NCBI GenBank assembly: GCA_004431415.1
Contig: QPMI01000560.1
Location: forward strand, 484,758 to 548,757
Origin: Cyanophora paradoxa CCMP329
Taxonomy: Eukaryota > Plantae > Glaucophyta
Length of the DNA: 64,000 nt
Direction: 5' to 3'
Made by a program: the position numbers and the translations under genes. This document shows, piece after piece, positions 40,635-53,333 of the stretch. The first letter of the stretch is position 1. Each line of letters begins with the position of its first letter. The notes beneath the pieces were generated by a model. That model ran no database searches. It saw nothing but the letters and a program-made list of their open reading frames with translations, and was not told the DNA's origin.

Positions 40635-41261
40635 TTAGAAGCCCAGCCTTCGAACCCACTCCTTGATCTGGGGCCCCGCGTCAGGGGCGACCGGCGCGAC
40701 GCGGGCGGCGGCGGCGGTGCACCTCCGTGGCGAAGTCGCCCTGGACGCGCAGGTAGCCTGGCCTGACCTCCACAAAGCTCCCGTAGCAGACCTCGCTCAT
40801 GTCCTTCGCCAACAGCTGCGGCGGCCGGGCGTCGGCGAGCGCGGGGGGCGTCTGCGGGCGCCGCCGCACCTTCGGGTCGCCCTCGATCTTCCGCAGAATC
40901 GTGAAAACGCGTGTCCTGCCGTTGCGGTAATCCCTGTAGACGGGGATCTGGCCCTTGTCGCTGCGGTGGATCTGTGCCATGCGCGTCAGCGGGCGGCGCG
41001 CGACTCGCGGCGCCGCGCTGCGGCAGCGGCGTCACGCACGCGGAACGGGAGGCTCTCGAAGCCGCCGGCCGGGGGCGCCCAGCCGCTGCAAGCGCGAGAG
41101 TCGGCGAGACGGCGGCGCGACCGCCGGGGACCGAACGACGCATACCTGGCGGAAGAAGGAGGCGGCAGGTCCTTCACTTTGAACTTCAGGCTCTCCGCCG
41201 CATGCTGGAGGATGTCGGCCCGCGCCTGCCTCTGGGCCGCCCGCGCGAGGGTCGCAAACAT
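40635..41261 (-). CDS. MRPL49: Mitochondrial ribosomal protein mL49 (Img2)
   Basis: LPFRIHRSDKGQIPVYRDYRNGRTRVFTILRKIEGD...LRVQGDFATEIKEWVRRLGF*; presequence-like MFATLARAAQR. Confidence 0.9.
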
Positions 41262-41485
41262 TGCCCGCTGCTCCTGTTGCCCCTGCCAAGCCCGAATGTC
41301 GCGCTGGATCGCTGTTTGTGCTGTGAGCTGGGGTACCGTCTGGTCACCGCGATTGCGGTAGCCCCAGTCTCCAAGAATCAAGAAGCGCAGCGCCGAGCGG
41401 GTAGCAGCTGTTCGGGCGCCGAGCCAGTTTAGTTGAAGAGGAGCTGAGGAGGACAACGCTGCTAGCTTGATCGTACCCGGGGCCA

Positions 41486-42888
41486 ATGCAGCAGGGCGCT
41501 TTCGCGGCGCCGACCGCCCAGCCGGCCACCTCGGTAAATCGAGAGCTCATCTACCGCCCCTCGAATGACGCTCAGCGTGTCGCTCCCGCGCCGAGGTGCG
41601 TATCGTCGCGCTTGATTAGACCTGTACACAATCCCGCGCGCGAGGCGTCTGACTGCGCCGGCGATAGTGTCAGGCAACGACGGGCACGCTGTGGCGCATC
41701 CACTCTTCGCTCCCAGTTCCTCGGCAGCGCCAAGAGCGATCGGAAGTTTCTCGCCCAGGCCCCGGCGAGCCCGCTGGTTCGGGGGCGGCGCGCGGGCTGT
41801 GAGCCAGCAGTAGCTTCCGGTGCAGGCAGCCCTTCCCCCACCGCCGATCGGCCGGCTGCGGCGCCGTCGGACCCGCTCGTCGTGCCGACCGTGAGCCTCC
41901 ACTCGTCCTCGAGCGGCGGCTTCGACGGCGGTGCGCGGGCGGGCCGCGGGGCCTTGGCTTGCGGCGGGCAGTGATCTAAGGCACGCACAGGGGTGGAGGA
42001 GCCGTACCCGATGCTTGACGGCTGCGAGTCGCTGCCGGAGGTCTGGTCGCGCTGCGCGGCGGCCTTCAAGGACACAATCGCCCTCGAGGACCCGCACAGG
42101 GACACGCCGACCTCCATCAGCTTCAAGCAGGCGAGCTAAGTCCCGCCCGGGGGCCCCCGCGCGCCGCTGAGCGCGGGGGCGCAGATGGAGCGGCAGATCG
42201 CGCACTTCGCGACGGGCCTGCAGCAGATGGGCGTGACGCCGGGCGACCGCGTGTCGCTCTTTGCGGACAACTCGCACCGCTGGTTCATCGCCGACCAGGG
42301 CATTATGCTCGCCGGCGGCGTCGTGCGCGCCTCGCCGCCCCGCAGCCCCGCGCGCGCCCGCCCGCCGAGCGCGGTGCGGCAGGACGCGGTGCGCGGAAAG
42401 GACGCACCCGCCGAGGAGCTGGCGTACATCTTCAAGCACAGCGACAGGCGCGCGCGGCGCCCCGCGGCCGGCCCGCCCCGCGCCCCGGGGGCAGCCGCTG
42501 AGTGCGGCGCGCAGCAAGGGCGTGGTCGCGGACAACGTCTCGGTCGTCACCAAGCTGCTGCAGCACCTTGAGCCGGCCGATTACCCCGCGTGCGGCATTC
42601 CCGCTCCTTTTCCCTCCTTCCCGCTTCCTTTTCCCGACGCCCTCCGCCCCCTTGCTCCAGGTTCGTGGTGGTGCTCTCGGGCCCCGAGGTGGAGAAGATC
42701 GACGGGCTTTCCGACGAGACGCCCGTCTTCATGTACTCGGACGTGCGCCCGGGCCCCCCGTCCCCCGCCCCCGCTCCCTTCCTCCCGCCCGCTGAGCCGC
42801 CCGGGTGCGCGCGCAGTTCTTGCAGCGGGGCCAGCGGGGCGAGTTGCAGAAGGTGAAGACGAGCGGGAGCGACCTGGCGACGCTCATC

Positions 42889-42923
<35 letters not shown>

Positions 42924-44713
42924 CAAGCTCACCCACGCCAACCTCATCTCCCAGGCCCGCCCCGCCCCGCCCCGCCCCGCCGATCCGGGCCCCGCCCCCG
43001 GCGCCCCTGAGGCCGGCCGCAGCTCCAGTGCCTCGGTAGCATCCTGCAGCCCAAGCACGGCGACTGCATCGTGCGCTGTGCCCCGCCCCGCCCCGCCCCG
43101 CCCGCCCCCTCGCCGCCCCGCGCGGGGCGAGCGGCGGGGCGGGCAGGTGAGCCTGCTGCCCTCGTGGCACATCTACGAGCGGACGGGCGAGTACTTCTTC
43201 CTCTCCGCGGCGTCACCAACGTGCGCCCCGCCCCGCCCGCCCCGCCCGCCCCGCCCCGCCCGCCCCGCCCCGCCCCGCCCCGCCCCGCCCCGCGCCGCCC
43301 CAGGGCCCTCGAGCCCACGCCCCGCCGCCGCCCGCGCAGGTGTACACGACGCTGCAGCGGTTCAAGTCGGACCTGGAGCGGTACCGGCCGACGATGTTCA
43401 TGGCGGTGCCGCGCATCCTCGAGAAGTTCCACCAGGGCGTCGAGCTCAAGCTCAAGAAGAACCCGCAGCGCCGCCTCATCGCCTTCCTCTTCGCCGCCTC
43501 CCTCGCCTACGTCCAGGCCGCCCGCGTCTGGCGGGGCGACACCGCCACGCCGCGCGCCCCCAACGCCCTCCAGCGCCTGCGCGCCCTCCTCGCGCTCCTC
43601 CTCCTCTGGCCCCTCCACCGCGCCGGCGACGCCATCGTCTACAAGAAGGTCCGCGAGGGCCTCGGCGGCCGCGTCCAGTTCGCCATGAGCGGCGGCGGCT
43701 CCCTCGCCGCCTACCTCGACGACTGGTTCGAGATCGTCGGCGTCCCCATCATCAACGGGTACGGCCTCACCGAGACGGCCCCCGTGCTCGCCGCGCGGCG
43801 CTACTCGACGAACGTGCGGGGCACGGCGGGGCCGCCCTTCCCCCGGACGACGATCCGGGTGGTGGACCCGGAGACGCTGGAGGCGGTGCCGCAGGGGCAG
43901 ACGGGCCTGGTGCTCGCCAAGGGCCCCCAGGTCATGGTCGGCTACCACAAGGACGTGGATGCGACGAAGAAGGTGCTCACGCGGGACGGCTGGTTCAACA
44001 CGGGGGACCGGGGCTGGTTCACGGCGCGGGGGCACCTCGTCCTGACGGGCCGCTACAAGGACGTGATCGTGCTGAGCAACGGGGAGAACATCGAGCCGAT
44101 GCCGATCGAGGACGCCGTCCTCGAGTCGGCCCTCGTCGACCAGATCGTCTGCTGCGGGCAGGACCAGAAGCAGCTCGGCGCCCTCATCGGTGCTTCCCCC
44201 CGCGCGCCCCGCCCCGCGCGGCTCCGCCCCACGCCGCTGCGCCTTATGAGAATTTTTTCCGCCCCGCAGTGCCGAACCTGGAGCAGCTGCGGAAGCTGGC
44301 GAAGCCGGCGGGGGAGGCGGCGGAGGGCGCGGCGGCGCCGGCGAGGCACGCGGCGCGGGCGGACGTCCTCGAGGCCATCCGCCGCGTCGAGGCGGAGCTC
44401 GCCCCCGGCGAGCGCCTCGAGTGCGCCCGTACCCGTACCCCCCAGCTCGAATTCAAAAACCTTCCCGCCAAAACCAATCTGACGTCCGAACTTCCGCGGC
44501 AGCGCGCACGAGGTTGAGCGGGCGTTCGAGCGGGAGATCGCGCGGCTGAACAACGCGCGGGCGGGCTTCCGCCCCGACGAGCGCGTCGGGGCCTTCCGCC
44601 TCGTCCTCGAGCCCTTCACCATGGAGAACGGCCTCATGACGCAGACCCTCAAGGTCAAGCGCAACGAGGTCTTCGACAAGTACGCCGCCCTCATCGCCGA
44701 GATGTACCACTAG
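41486..44713 (+). CDS. Plastid long-chain acyl-activating enzyme (AAE15 / cyanobacterial Aas-like acyl-ACP synthetase)
   Basis: [65 protein letters not shown]; transit-like N-terminus. Confidence 0.92.
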
Positions 44714-44871
44714 GCCCCGAGCCGCACCCCGAGCCCCCTGCATTGCTTTCTTTTACTTCGCCTGCTAGCGATAGTCTTCCCGTCTGATTCTCTGTTTGCT
44801 GCCTTCCTGCCTGAGTTTCAAGAGTGCTTTCATTATTACGCGGAATCATGTAACCGAGGCGGCGGCGGGGG

Positions 44872-46893
44872 CTACTTGGTGGGGTTGACGAGGCGGTCGG
44901 CGCCCTGGACGATGCGCACGGACTCGATGACATCGCCCTCGCGCACGTCGTCCAGCACCGCCGCGCCGCGCACCACGTAACCCAGGACCGCATAGTTGCC
45001 GTCGAAGAGGTTGAGGCCGGCGGGGGAGTAGACGGGGTCCGCCTTGACGAGGAAGACCTGCGCCGCGGAGACGTTCGCCTCCAGCTCGTCCCGCGCCATC
45101 GCCACCTGCGCGCGCGTCGCATTCGGTTCCAAACTTACGACTTCGAATTGGAGAGCGGACGGTGCCGTAGGCGTTGAAGGGGAGCGCGGGGGAGTCGCGG
45201 AAGCGGCCGGCGTCGGCCAGGGTCGCCCCGTACACGGGCCCCGCCTTGTCCCCCGCCACGAGGATCTCCAGCGGCAGCTCCCCCGGCGACTCTGGGGGAC
45301 AACGGCTCTTCAGCGGCGCGGCAAGAGGCGGACGGAAGGGGGAGCGGGCGGACCGCCGCGGGGCACGCTGGTCTGCACGATGGTCTCGTCCTGCCGCTCG
45401 ACGGTCGTCCCGTCGTACGCCCCCTGCGCGAGTTCAGGGGGGATGGAGGAGCGGGGGGGGTACGGGCGCACGCGGGCGGCGAGGTCGGCGAACTTGCCGG
45501 CGGTGAGGGGCGCCGAGAAGCCGTCCAGCTCCACCAGAAGCGTGTCCTTCACCAGCGCGCCCCCGTCCGCCCCGCCCTCCCGGTGCTGCCGCCGGGGGTA
45601 CGCGATCGGAAGGGGGCCAAGGGGGGGAGGGGGAGGGGGACGGGGGTACCTTCAAGACGAGCTCGGCGAGGGCGCGGCCCTCGAGGCGGGGCCGGGCGGC
45701 GTACTCCTCGGGGACGGGGAAGGGCGGGGCGGGGACCATCATGGAGCCGAGGCGGTCCGCGGCGAGGAAGAGCGCCTCCTGCGCCTCCACGATGTCCTGC
45801 GGCCCCGGGGCTCGCCTCCGAGGGCCCGCGGGGGGGGCGGGGGGGTGGGCGGACCCCGGCGTCGCGGCGCTCGGCGGCGTCCTTGAGGGAGGCCGCCAGG
45901 CGCGCCATCTCCTGCGGGGCGCGGGGCCGGGCGGGACAAAGAAGAAGTCAGGGGCGGCCGGGCGGGAGTCTGAGGCCGGGGCCGGAGGCGCGGGCGGGCG
46001 GGCCGCACGTCGAGGGTCTTCTCAGCGTCGGGGCGGCGGGCCTCGGGGACGGCGGCGAGCATCTCGCCCCGCTTCTGCGCCACGATCCCGGCCGCCCGCC
46101 CCGCTGCCTCCTCCACATTCGCCGCGATCCCCTTCCGCCCCTGCCGCGCGGCGCGTGAGAGGGGCACACGCAGCTGAGCCTGGCCGGGCGGGCCGGGCGG
46201 GGGCGGGCCTTGAAGGCGAGGGAGCGGACGTTGCCGGAGCCCTCGGTGGTCATCGAGCCGAGCTCCCGCGCCAGCGCGTCGATCGCCCCACTCCGCACCG
46301 GCTGCCCCCCGCTCTCAGCCGCCCCCGCCGCCCGCGCCGGCGGGGGCGCCTCGCGGGCGGGCGGACCAGCGCATTGATGAGGATGACCTGGGCGTTGTTC
46401 TCCCGGTTCCTGGCGCCGGCGACGGCCGCGAGGGCGTCTGGCGCCGCCGCCGCGCCCGAGAGCGCGACTGCAATCGCCGCCGCCGCCGCCAGCCCGCGGC
46501 CCAGGACGGAGGGCGTCGACCCCGGCGCCGGCCGGCGGTCGGACGAGCACTGCGCGTCAAACCTCCGATCGTTCCGGGGCTGCTCGGCCTGCGGGGCGGC
46601 CTCCTGTGCCGCGCCGCGCGCAGGACGCCCGGCCCGTCAACGTCAGCGGCCGCCTTCATGTCTCCGGCCGGCGCGGCGTATGGCGAATCGTTCGCACCTG
46701 GTAGACTCGTTGACGGCGGATCGCTGGCCGTACGCGCTCGCCCCCCGCCGGCCGCGCCAGCAGGCCGTCCTGCGCGCCGCGCGTGCCGGCGATTAGGCGG
46801 TGGAGGCCAGTCCGCCGGTGGGGCGCAGGAGCGACGGCGTACAACCGTGCGAGGGGGCTGGGAGATCGCGGCGGCAGCGGCGAACGACGCCAT
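44872..46893 (-). CDS. Thylakoid-lumen cyclophilin, CYP38/TLP40-like
   Basis: LDGFSAPLTAGKF, LPLEI, LPFNAYGTVAMARDE, DGNYAVLGYV. Bipartite leader: MASFAAA... then hydrophobic GLAAAAAIAVALSG...ALA. Confidence 0.88.
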
Positions 46894-47080
46894 TGTGCTC
46901 TTGACTCGGTGACTCGCTGGTTGCCGGTGCCGGGGTATGCGTGCACGTGCTGCGTTCGCATCTGCTGACCGCAGCTAGCGCTAGCGCTCCCGCGGCCGCA
47001 TGCGCACTGCATGGCTTGCGCTCGCTCGCGTTCGATAAATAGATTTAATTAAATAAAGCTATTTACAGTATACGTACTAG

Positions 47081-48565
47081 TCAGCGCGGGCAGCAGACGC
47101 AGGGGCAGGCTGGAGAGGAGGCGACGGCCGCGGCGGGGGCGGCGCCGGCGTGGCCGGAGGCCTTGCGGAGGCGGAGGACGAGGGGCCGGTAGCGGGCGAA
47201 GGGCTCGCCGTCCTCCACGAGGCGGGCCGCGGCGGCGAGGGCGCGCGCCCGCAGCTCCGCGAGGTCGGCCTCCCGCCCGGGCCCAGCGCCGCCGCCAGCG
47301 CCCGCGAGCGCACCGCCCACGCCGCCGCCACGACCCGCTCCGCGCAGGCCTTCGCCGGCTCGCCCTCGGCGCGGGGGCGTCGATGGGACGGCCGGCGGCT
47401 CGTCGACGACCTGGAGGCAGACGCCGGCGACGGGCCCCGAGGCGAAGGGCGCCTCGAACTCGGCGCGGGCGCGCAGGTGCACGGGGAGGACCATGGCGCC
47501 CCGCTCGGCCCGCGTGATCCGCCCCTCGGCCTCCAGCGCGGCGGCGGCGTCGGTCCAGAGGCCGAGCCAGGGCGAGGCGGGGTCGGGCGCCTGGATGGCG
47601 CTCACGAGGACGGAGCCGCCGGGGCGAGCTCCCGCCGCGAGCCTCCACGAAGCTCCGCCAGTCCTCCGCCGCCACCGCCGCAAACGCCGCCCGCTCCTCC
47701 GCCGTCAGCCGCGCCGGGTCCACCGCCGACGCCCGCTGCCGCGGCGCGCCTCAGCTGCAGGCGGCGCGGAGGCGCGGCGCGCGCAGACGGGGGTGCGCGG
47801 CGCACCTCGAGGGGGCGGCGTGAGAGCCAGTGGATGGACGCGCTGCAGATTCCGAGGTGCAGCGAGCCCGGCGGCAAGACCTGCTCGTAGAAACTCCTGC
47901 CGACGCTCACCTGCGTGCGGGGTCTGTTCACGCAAGATCTTGCGCGGGGTGCGGCGCGGGGAAGTGGCCATGGCGAACCGGGTAGACGTCCTTGTATCGC
48001 GAGTGGTACGGGTCCCGCGCGAGGTGTGCGTGCAGCTCGCTCCACAGGTTCGTCGGCAGGTCGACGTGCGCTGCAGGAGCCGCGGCCGGCGATCAGCGCG
48101 AGGGCACGTACTCGCTGTGACGGGAACATCGCCGGCGCGCGCCGCACCATACAGTATAGGGAGCTGCGTGCGCTCGCGGAGGCGCGAAACAAGAATTTCA
48201 GCCGCGGTCGCTGTGTTCGCGCCAGTCGCGCAGCCGAAGTCTGCGATGCGGGCTTTAGTTTCCTTCAGATAGCGTGGGACGGGAGGAGAAGCGCGCCAGC
48301 AACACACAGCGTCGACGAGTCGAGCGGCAGAGTCGCAGCGTCGTCGAGGAGGTGCTTGATGTTCTGCAGAAGATGAACGCGCTGCCCTTTGGAGTGCTCG
48401 TCGTACTCCGCGTTCATTCCGGGAACGGCAGCCGCATGCGGCAGACATTTGATCGGTGCCGCCGGTGGCGGAGACGTCTGCAGGGAAGCATTACGCGACT
48501 TTCCAGGTGGAAGCACGAGCCCGCAGGCGCACCGCCGTGCTGGGCGCCAATCCCGAGGGTGGCAT
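47081..48565 (-). CDS. SABATH-family SAM-dependent carboxyl methyltransferase (Methyltransf_7)
   Basis: YDEHSKGQ, IADFGCATGANT, VDLPTNLW, GRSFYEQVLPPGSLHLGICSASIHWLS, DWRSFVEAR..ELAPGG. Start uncertain (48565 or 48417). Confidence 0.88.
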
Positions 48566-48609
48566 GAGACGGGTAGAGTGAACTGGGAGTGCATTCGTCA
48601 CACGCATCG

Positions 48610-51600
48610 ATGCCGGCCGAGGATCGGCCCTGCACGCCGCCTGCAGCGCCGGCGGTGTCGGGAGGTAGCGGCCAGGCGCTTTTTCGGGTCGGCCCGCCGA
48701 CGCCGAGCGCTGGCCACAAGCGGACCTCGAGCAGCAACAGCGCGAATAGCAGTGATCAGGGAATGCTCAGCGTGCCGGGGGGCTTCTCGGAGATTCACGA
48801 TCGGGCCCGTACGCCAAGCGCCGTCGACGCTGCTCTCCAAGAAGCCACGGATGCGAGCTCGGCAGCGGTTCCCGGAGCGCATCACCAGCGCCAGGGGTCA
48901 GGATCTTCGTTCAAGAACGTCCAGACAAGGCCCGGATTCACCTCGCCTGCCGCACCGGTCGCGCATCGGGAGCCCGGCAACGCGAGCGCCATGGCAGCGC
49001 TTCCTGCACTCTCTGTCTCGGAGTCGCATGCCCCTTCGGAGCGCTCTGCACGCATCCCGCCTCCGCTCGAGCTGCCGCAATCGGTCCTTCAAAAGCTGGA
49101 GCAGCTCAACGCAGGCGCGAACGGGACCGCGCATTCTACCCCGGCGCGTCGCATCAACTCCAACTCGGATCTCACGGCCGCCCACAACAATGCGCCCACG
49201 CCCGCCAGCACTTCGTGCGTCGCCCGCTCGCGCCGCCCTGGCCTCCGCATCGTCGCGAACTCGCGCGTGTGCGCAGCCCGCGCGGGGCGGAGTCGACGTC
49301 GCTGCGGAGGCGCCTGAACGTCGGCGGGGACGATCGCGACGGCCTCGCGCCCCCGCCGGGGCCCCCGGCGCGCCGCTCGCCCCTCATCTCGGGCATCGCC
49401 GTGCCGGACCGCCCCAGCGACCGCACGCCCCTCCGCGGTGCGCATTCCCGGCGCCGGGCCTCTCTCCCGTGCCGAACGCGCGCCCCGCAGGGTCGGCGAC
49501 GCCGGTGAGCCCGAGCCGCTCGAAGCAGGAGCTGGGCGCGCACGAGCGGCCGCCGCTGCCGAACTCCTTCTGGGGCTACTTCGCGGAGGAGCTGCGGGTG
49601 AACTGGCGGGCGGCGGAGGCGGACGAGGAGGCGGAGCGGCAGGTGAAGCGGGAGCGGATCTACAACTTCCTGGCCGTGCCGCACCGGCTGGAGCAGCTGC
49701 TCATGCTCGGCTTCTTTATCTGCGCCGACTCCTTCCTCTTCCTCTTCACCTTCCTCCCCTTCCGCGTCCTCTCCGCCCTCCTCACCCTCGCCGCCTCCCC
49801 CTTCTCCTCCCGGCCCGCCCCGCGCCGCACCGCGCCGCCTCGCCCCCGCGCGCTCACGCTCCACCGGCAGGCGGCGGCTGCGCTCGGGCCACGTGTTCGA
49901 CCTGCTGCGGGCCGGCATCTTCCTCCTCTGCTCCGCCGCCCTCCAGCTCGTCGGCGCGCCCCGCGCCCCCCCGCGCTGCGCCGCGCCCCCGCCCCTTACG
50001 CCCCCTGACGCCCCCGGCAGACGTCTCGCAGGCGTACCACCACGTGCGGGGCCAGGCCGCCATCAAGCTCTACGTCATCTTCAACCTCCTCGAGGCGCGC
50101 CCTCCCGCCCGACCCTCGTGGCCCGTGCCCCTGTCCGACCCCCGCGCGCCCCGGCCCGCAGTGCTTCGACAAGCTCTTCTGCTCGTTCGGGCAGGACATG
50201 CTCGACTCGCTCTTCTGGCGCGCCCCCCTCCCCGCCCCGCCCAGCGCCGGCCGGCCCCTGACGGCCCCCCCTCGGCAGGTCGTCGGCGCGGATGCTGGAC
50301 GCGGCGCCGACGCGGGGCGCGCGGGCGGCGTCGCTGCTGCGCGGCCTCCTCGACTTCACCGTCGCCACCGTCTACATGTGTACGCCCCCCGCGCTGCCCG
50401 CCCGCCCCCGCCTCTGCCTCCCCTCCTCTGAGGCCGCCCCGGCCGGCAGTCCTGCACGCGATTGTGCTCTTCTACCAGGTGGTGACGCTGAACGTGGCGG
50501 TGAACAGCCACAACAACGCCCTCCTCACCGTCCTCGTCTCCAACAACTTCGTCGAGCTCAAGTCCAGCGTCTTCAAGAAGTTCACCATCGACAACCTCTT
50601 CCAGATCGCCTGCGCAGGCGCCCCCGCCCCCGCCCCCGCCCTCCAGCCCCGGTCGCCTCTGAGGGGCGGGCGGGCAGACATGGTGGAGCGCTTCCAGCTC
50701 TTCGTCTACCTCCTCATCGTCGTCGCCCAGGTTCGTGTTTAAATTTCGCCCTTTCTCTCCGACGGGCGCCCCCGCCCGGCCCCGCGCGGGCCTGACGGGG
50801 GCGGGCAGAACGCGTCGAACGCGGAGGCGCCGGGCCTGGGCGCCATGTGGGGCCTCTGGCGCGACCCCCTCGCCCTCGTCGCCGCCTCCGTCCGCACCGC
50901 CCCGCCCTGCACCGCACCGACACGCCCGCCCGGCCCGACGCTGCGCCGCTCAGATCTGGTTCTCGGAGTGCTTCATCGACTGGACGAAGCACGCCTTCGT
51001 CACCAAGTTCAACATGTCCGCCTCCCCTCCCGCCCCGCCCTCGGTCGTCCGCGCTCCCCGCTGCTTCCTGACTCTCGCGTGCCCAGGATCGCGCCGGAGG
51101 AGTACCGGCGCTTCGGGACGGTCCTCTGCAAAGACCTCATCGCCTCCCGCCGCTCCCGCGTCCGCCCCGCCCCGCCCCGCCCCGCCCGCCGCACGCCGGC
51201 CGCTCGCTCAGCGCCTCGAGCAGACGTCGGTGGACCACTCGTACTCGGTGTCCCGCCGCATCGGCTTCGTCTCCCTGCCCCTCGCCTGCGTCGCCGTCCG
51301 CGTCTTCCGCCAGGTCCGAGCGGCCCCCCCCGCCCCCTCTCTGTCTCTCGCTCCAGATCAACTCCCCTCGCCTTTGACCCGCCCTCGCGCCCCCCGCAGG
51401 TCCTCCCCGCCTTCTCCTTCTGGGGCCTCGCCCTCCTCGCTGTCTCCTACGCCTGCCTCTGGGCCGCCAAGGTGCCCTTTACCCCCCATCTATCCCTGCA
51501 CCCCCTTGCCGACCTGTACCCCCTCTTCCCCCGCCCGGCTGACCTCGGCGCCAGATCCTGGTGGGGGTGTGCCTGCTGGGGTACGCGGCGCGGCGGATCT

Positions 51601-51710
51601 GCTCGCGGGGGGCGGCGGCGGGGCGGCCGGAGGCGGGCGAGGCGGCCAAGGACGGGACCCTCGAGCACGTCGAGCGCTTCTCCATCTCCGCCCGCGGCGT
51701 GCCCCAGTAG
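48610..51710 (+). CDS. TAPT1: TAPT1/EMP65/POD1 (DUF747) ER membrane protein
   Basis: RERIYNFLAVPHRLEQL..GFFICADSFL, YHHVRGQAAIKLYVIFN, LNVAVNSHNNALLTVLVSNNFVELKSSVFKK, DWTKHAFVTKFN. Confidence 0.95.
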
Positions 51711-51811
51711 CCCGCCCTGGCCCGCCCCCCGCCCGCTCCCGCCCCCCGGTTTTGTTTCAAGCGCGCACAGTATACTTTTCAATAGAGGACGAATTGACGT
51801 ATGTACAGACG

Positions 51812-53130
51812 TCAGAACCAGTGGCCGAACTTGCTGCGGAACTCGCGCTCGCCCATGACGACGTACTCGACGGGCGGGGCGGCGCGCCCGCCCAGCAGGA
51901 GGCCGATGCCGGGCAGGGCGATGGCGCTCAGGAGCGGCTGCACGGCCTGCCAGAAGCGCCGCACCTGGGTGCCGAACTCGACCTGCTGGAGCCACTCCCA
52001 CTCGCGCTTGCAGCCCTCGTGCGCGTGACCAGCACCGCCTGGCGACACGGTAAGTTCGATCTCGAATTTCTGGGATCGAAGGCTCTAAGAAATTCGACGG
52101 ACTGTCGCTACTCACCCATCGCCTCGCACTTGACCGTGACGACAATGACTCGCTCGACCCGGGCGTTCGACGAGGCCTCTTCGAGAGCCTGCGCGGTCGA
52201 GAAAAACCGTTGAAGATCGAAATCGGCCCGGGGGATCGGAACTTTTAGATCTAGATGGCACTGCGCATGCGGCACTGCGGCATGCTTTCTAGATCTCACC
52301 TTGTCGACCTTAGCAACCCAACGATCCCACCAACCACCCTCCTGCAAGCCTTTCTGGACATAGTGAACGGGGCTGCGCATGCGCCGGCGCACGTGCACGC
52401 AAGTGCATATTCATGATCAGAGTCAACTTGGTAACTTAGTAACGTTGGCCAAGCTGAGGGCCCTCGAAAAGCCAAAAATTGCACGCACCAGAACTTGATC
52501 CAGGTAGAGTGGAGGCCCTTGGCCTCGACCTCAATTTCACGGTTGACGCTGGCGATGACCACCAGCTGACCCCGCGTGCCCTTCATTGCTTCAGTCCAGG
52601 CTCTTCGAGTCTTTCTAGATCTGAAGATGAGTCGCTTCCGAAGTTCGGAATTCAAGATCCGCCGGGGCCGCTGAGCGCTGTGGCTTCCCGATCGCTTCAA
52701 GCGCTAGCTAGCGCTCAAGCTGAGGCTCGAGCTCAAGGATTCCGCTAGCTGTAGCCTATCTACGTAGCCCCGCCGGCGCCGCGCTAGCCCTGACTCAGTG
52801 AGCGCGCCCGGCTCACTGAGAGTCAGCCGCCTGAGCCTGAGCTGGAGCCTGCAGCTGAGCGGCGGAGCCTGAGCCCGAGCCGCGTGATCATGAGCCTGAG
52901 CCGGCGCCTGAGCCTTGCCAGTTGAACGGTTGAATTCGAACATGAACGGTTGAATTCGAACGTTAACATGAACGGTTGAGTTCGAACACGGACGTCGACA
53001 TGGAGCTGGTTCAACGGTTGCTCGGAGAAGGACGAAGGTGATGCTATCTGGTGGACCTGGGCTGATGCTGGTGGACGTCCCTGGCCGCAGTGGCCCCCGG
53101 GTGACGCCGGCCGTCGCGTCGCGCACAAGC
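51812..53130 (-). CDS. Small hypothetical protein; 5' end unresolved
   Basis: Exon-like blocks (GQLVVIASVNREIEVEAKG, GGWWDRWVAKVDK, RVERVIVVTVKCEAM, ...EFRSKFGHWF*) separated by GT-AG introns. Confidence 0.4.
52921..52987 (+). repeat. Three copies of TGAACGGTTGARTTCGAAC; preceded by GCCTGA repeats (52829-52912)
   Basis: Direct inspection. Confidence 0.8.
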
Positions 53131-53333
53131 TCAAGGGGATATGCTCAAGACAAGCAACATTAACCTAGGGTGACGCGACTTTGTCCGGAGATGCCGCAGT
53201 GCGCCCTATAGCTCGAGCTCAGTGCCGGGTACAGTGATGTGAACCGTGCACGCGAGGGGTACAAGGAACCAAGGACATAGGCCGACGTGGGTGGTGGCGA
53301 AGGCCGGAGCGCGAGGGCCACCGGAGGCTCGCC

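Noticed and set aside
43200-43215. Programmed frameshift or pseudogenisation in the acyl-activating enzyme (similar shifts in SABATH about 47625, JmjC about 54665, and the 34752-38227 gene)
   Set aside because: Most are a single missing base in a G/C run within otherwise intact genes; long-read sequencing error is the likeliest cause.
52921-52987. Heat-shock element array
   Set aside because: GAA/TTC spacing does not fit nGAAnnTTCn; explained by tandem repeats plus palindromic insertions.
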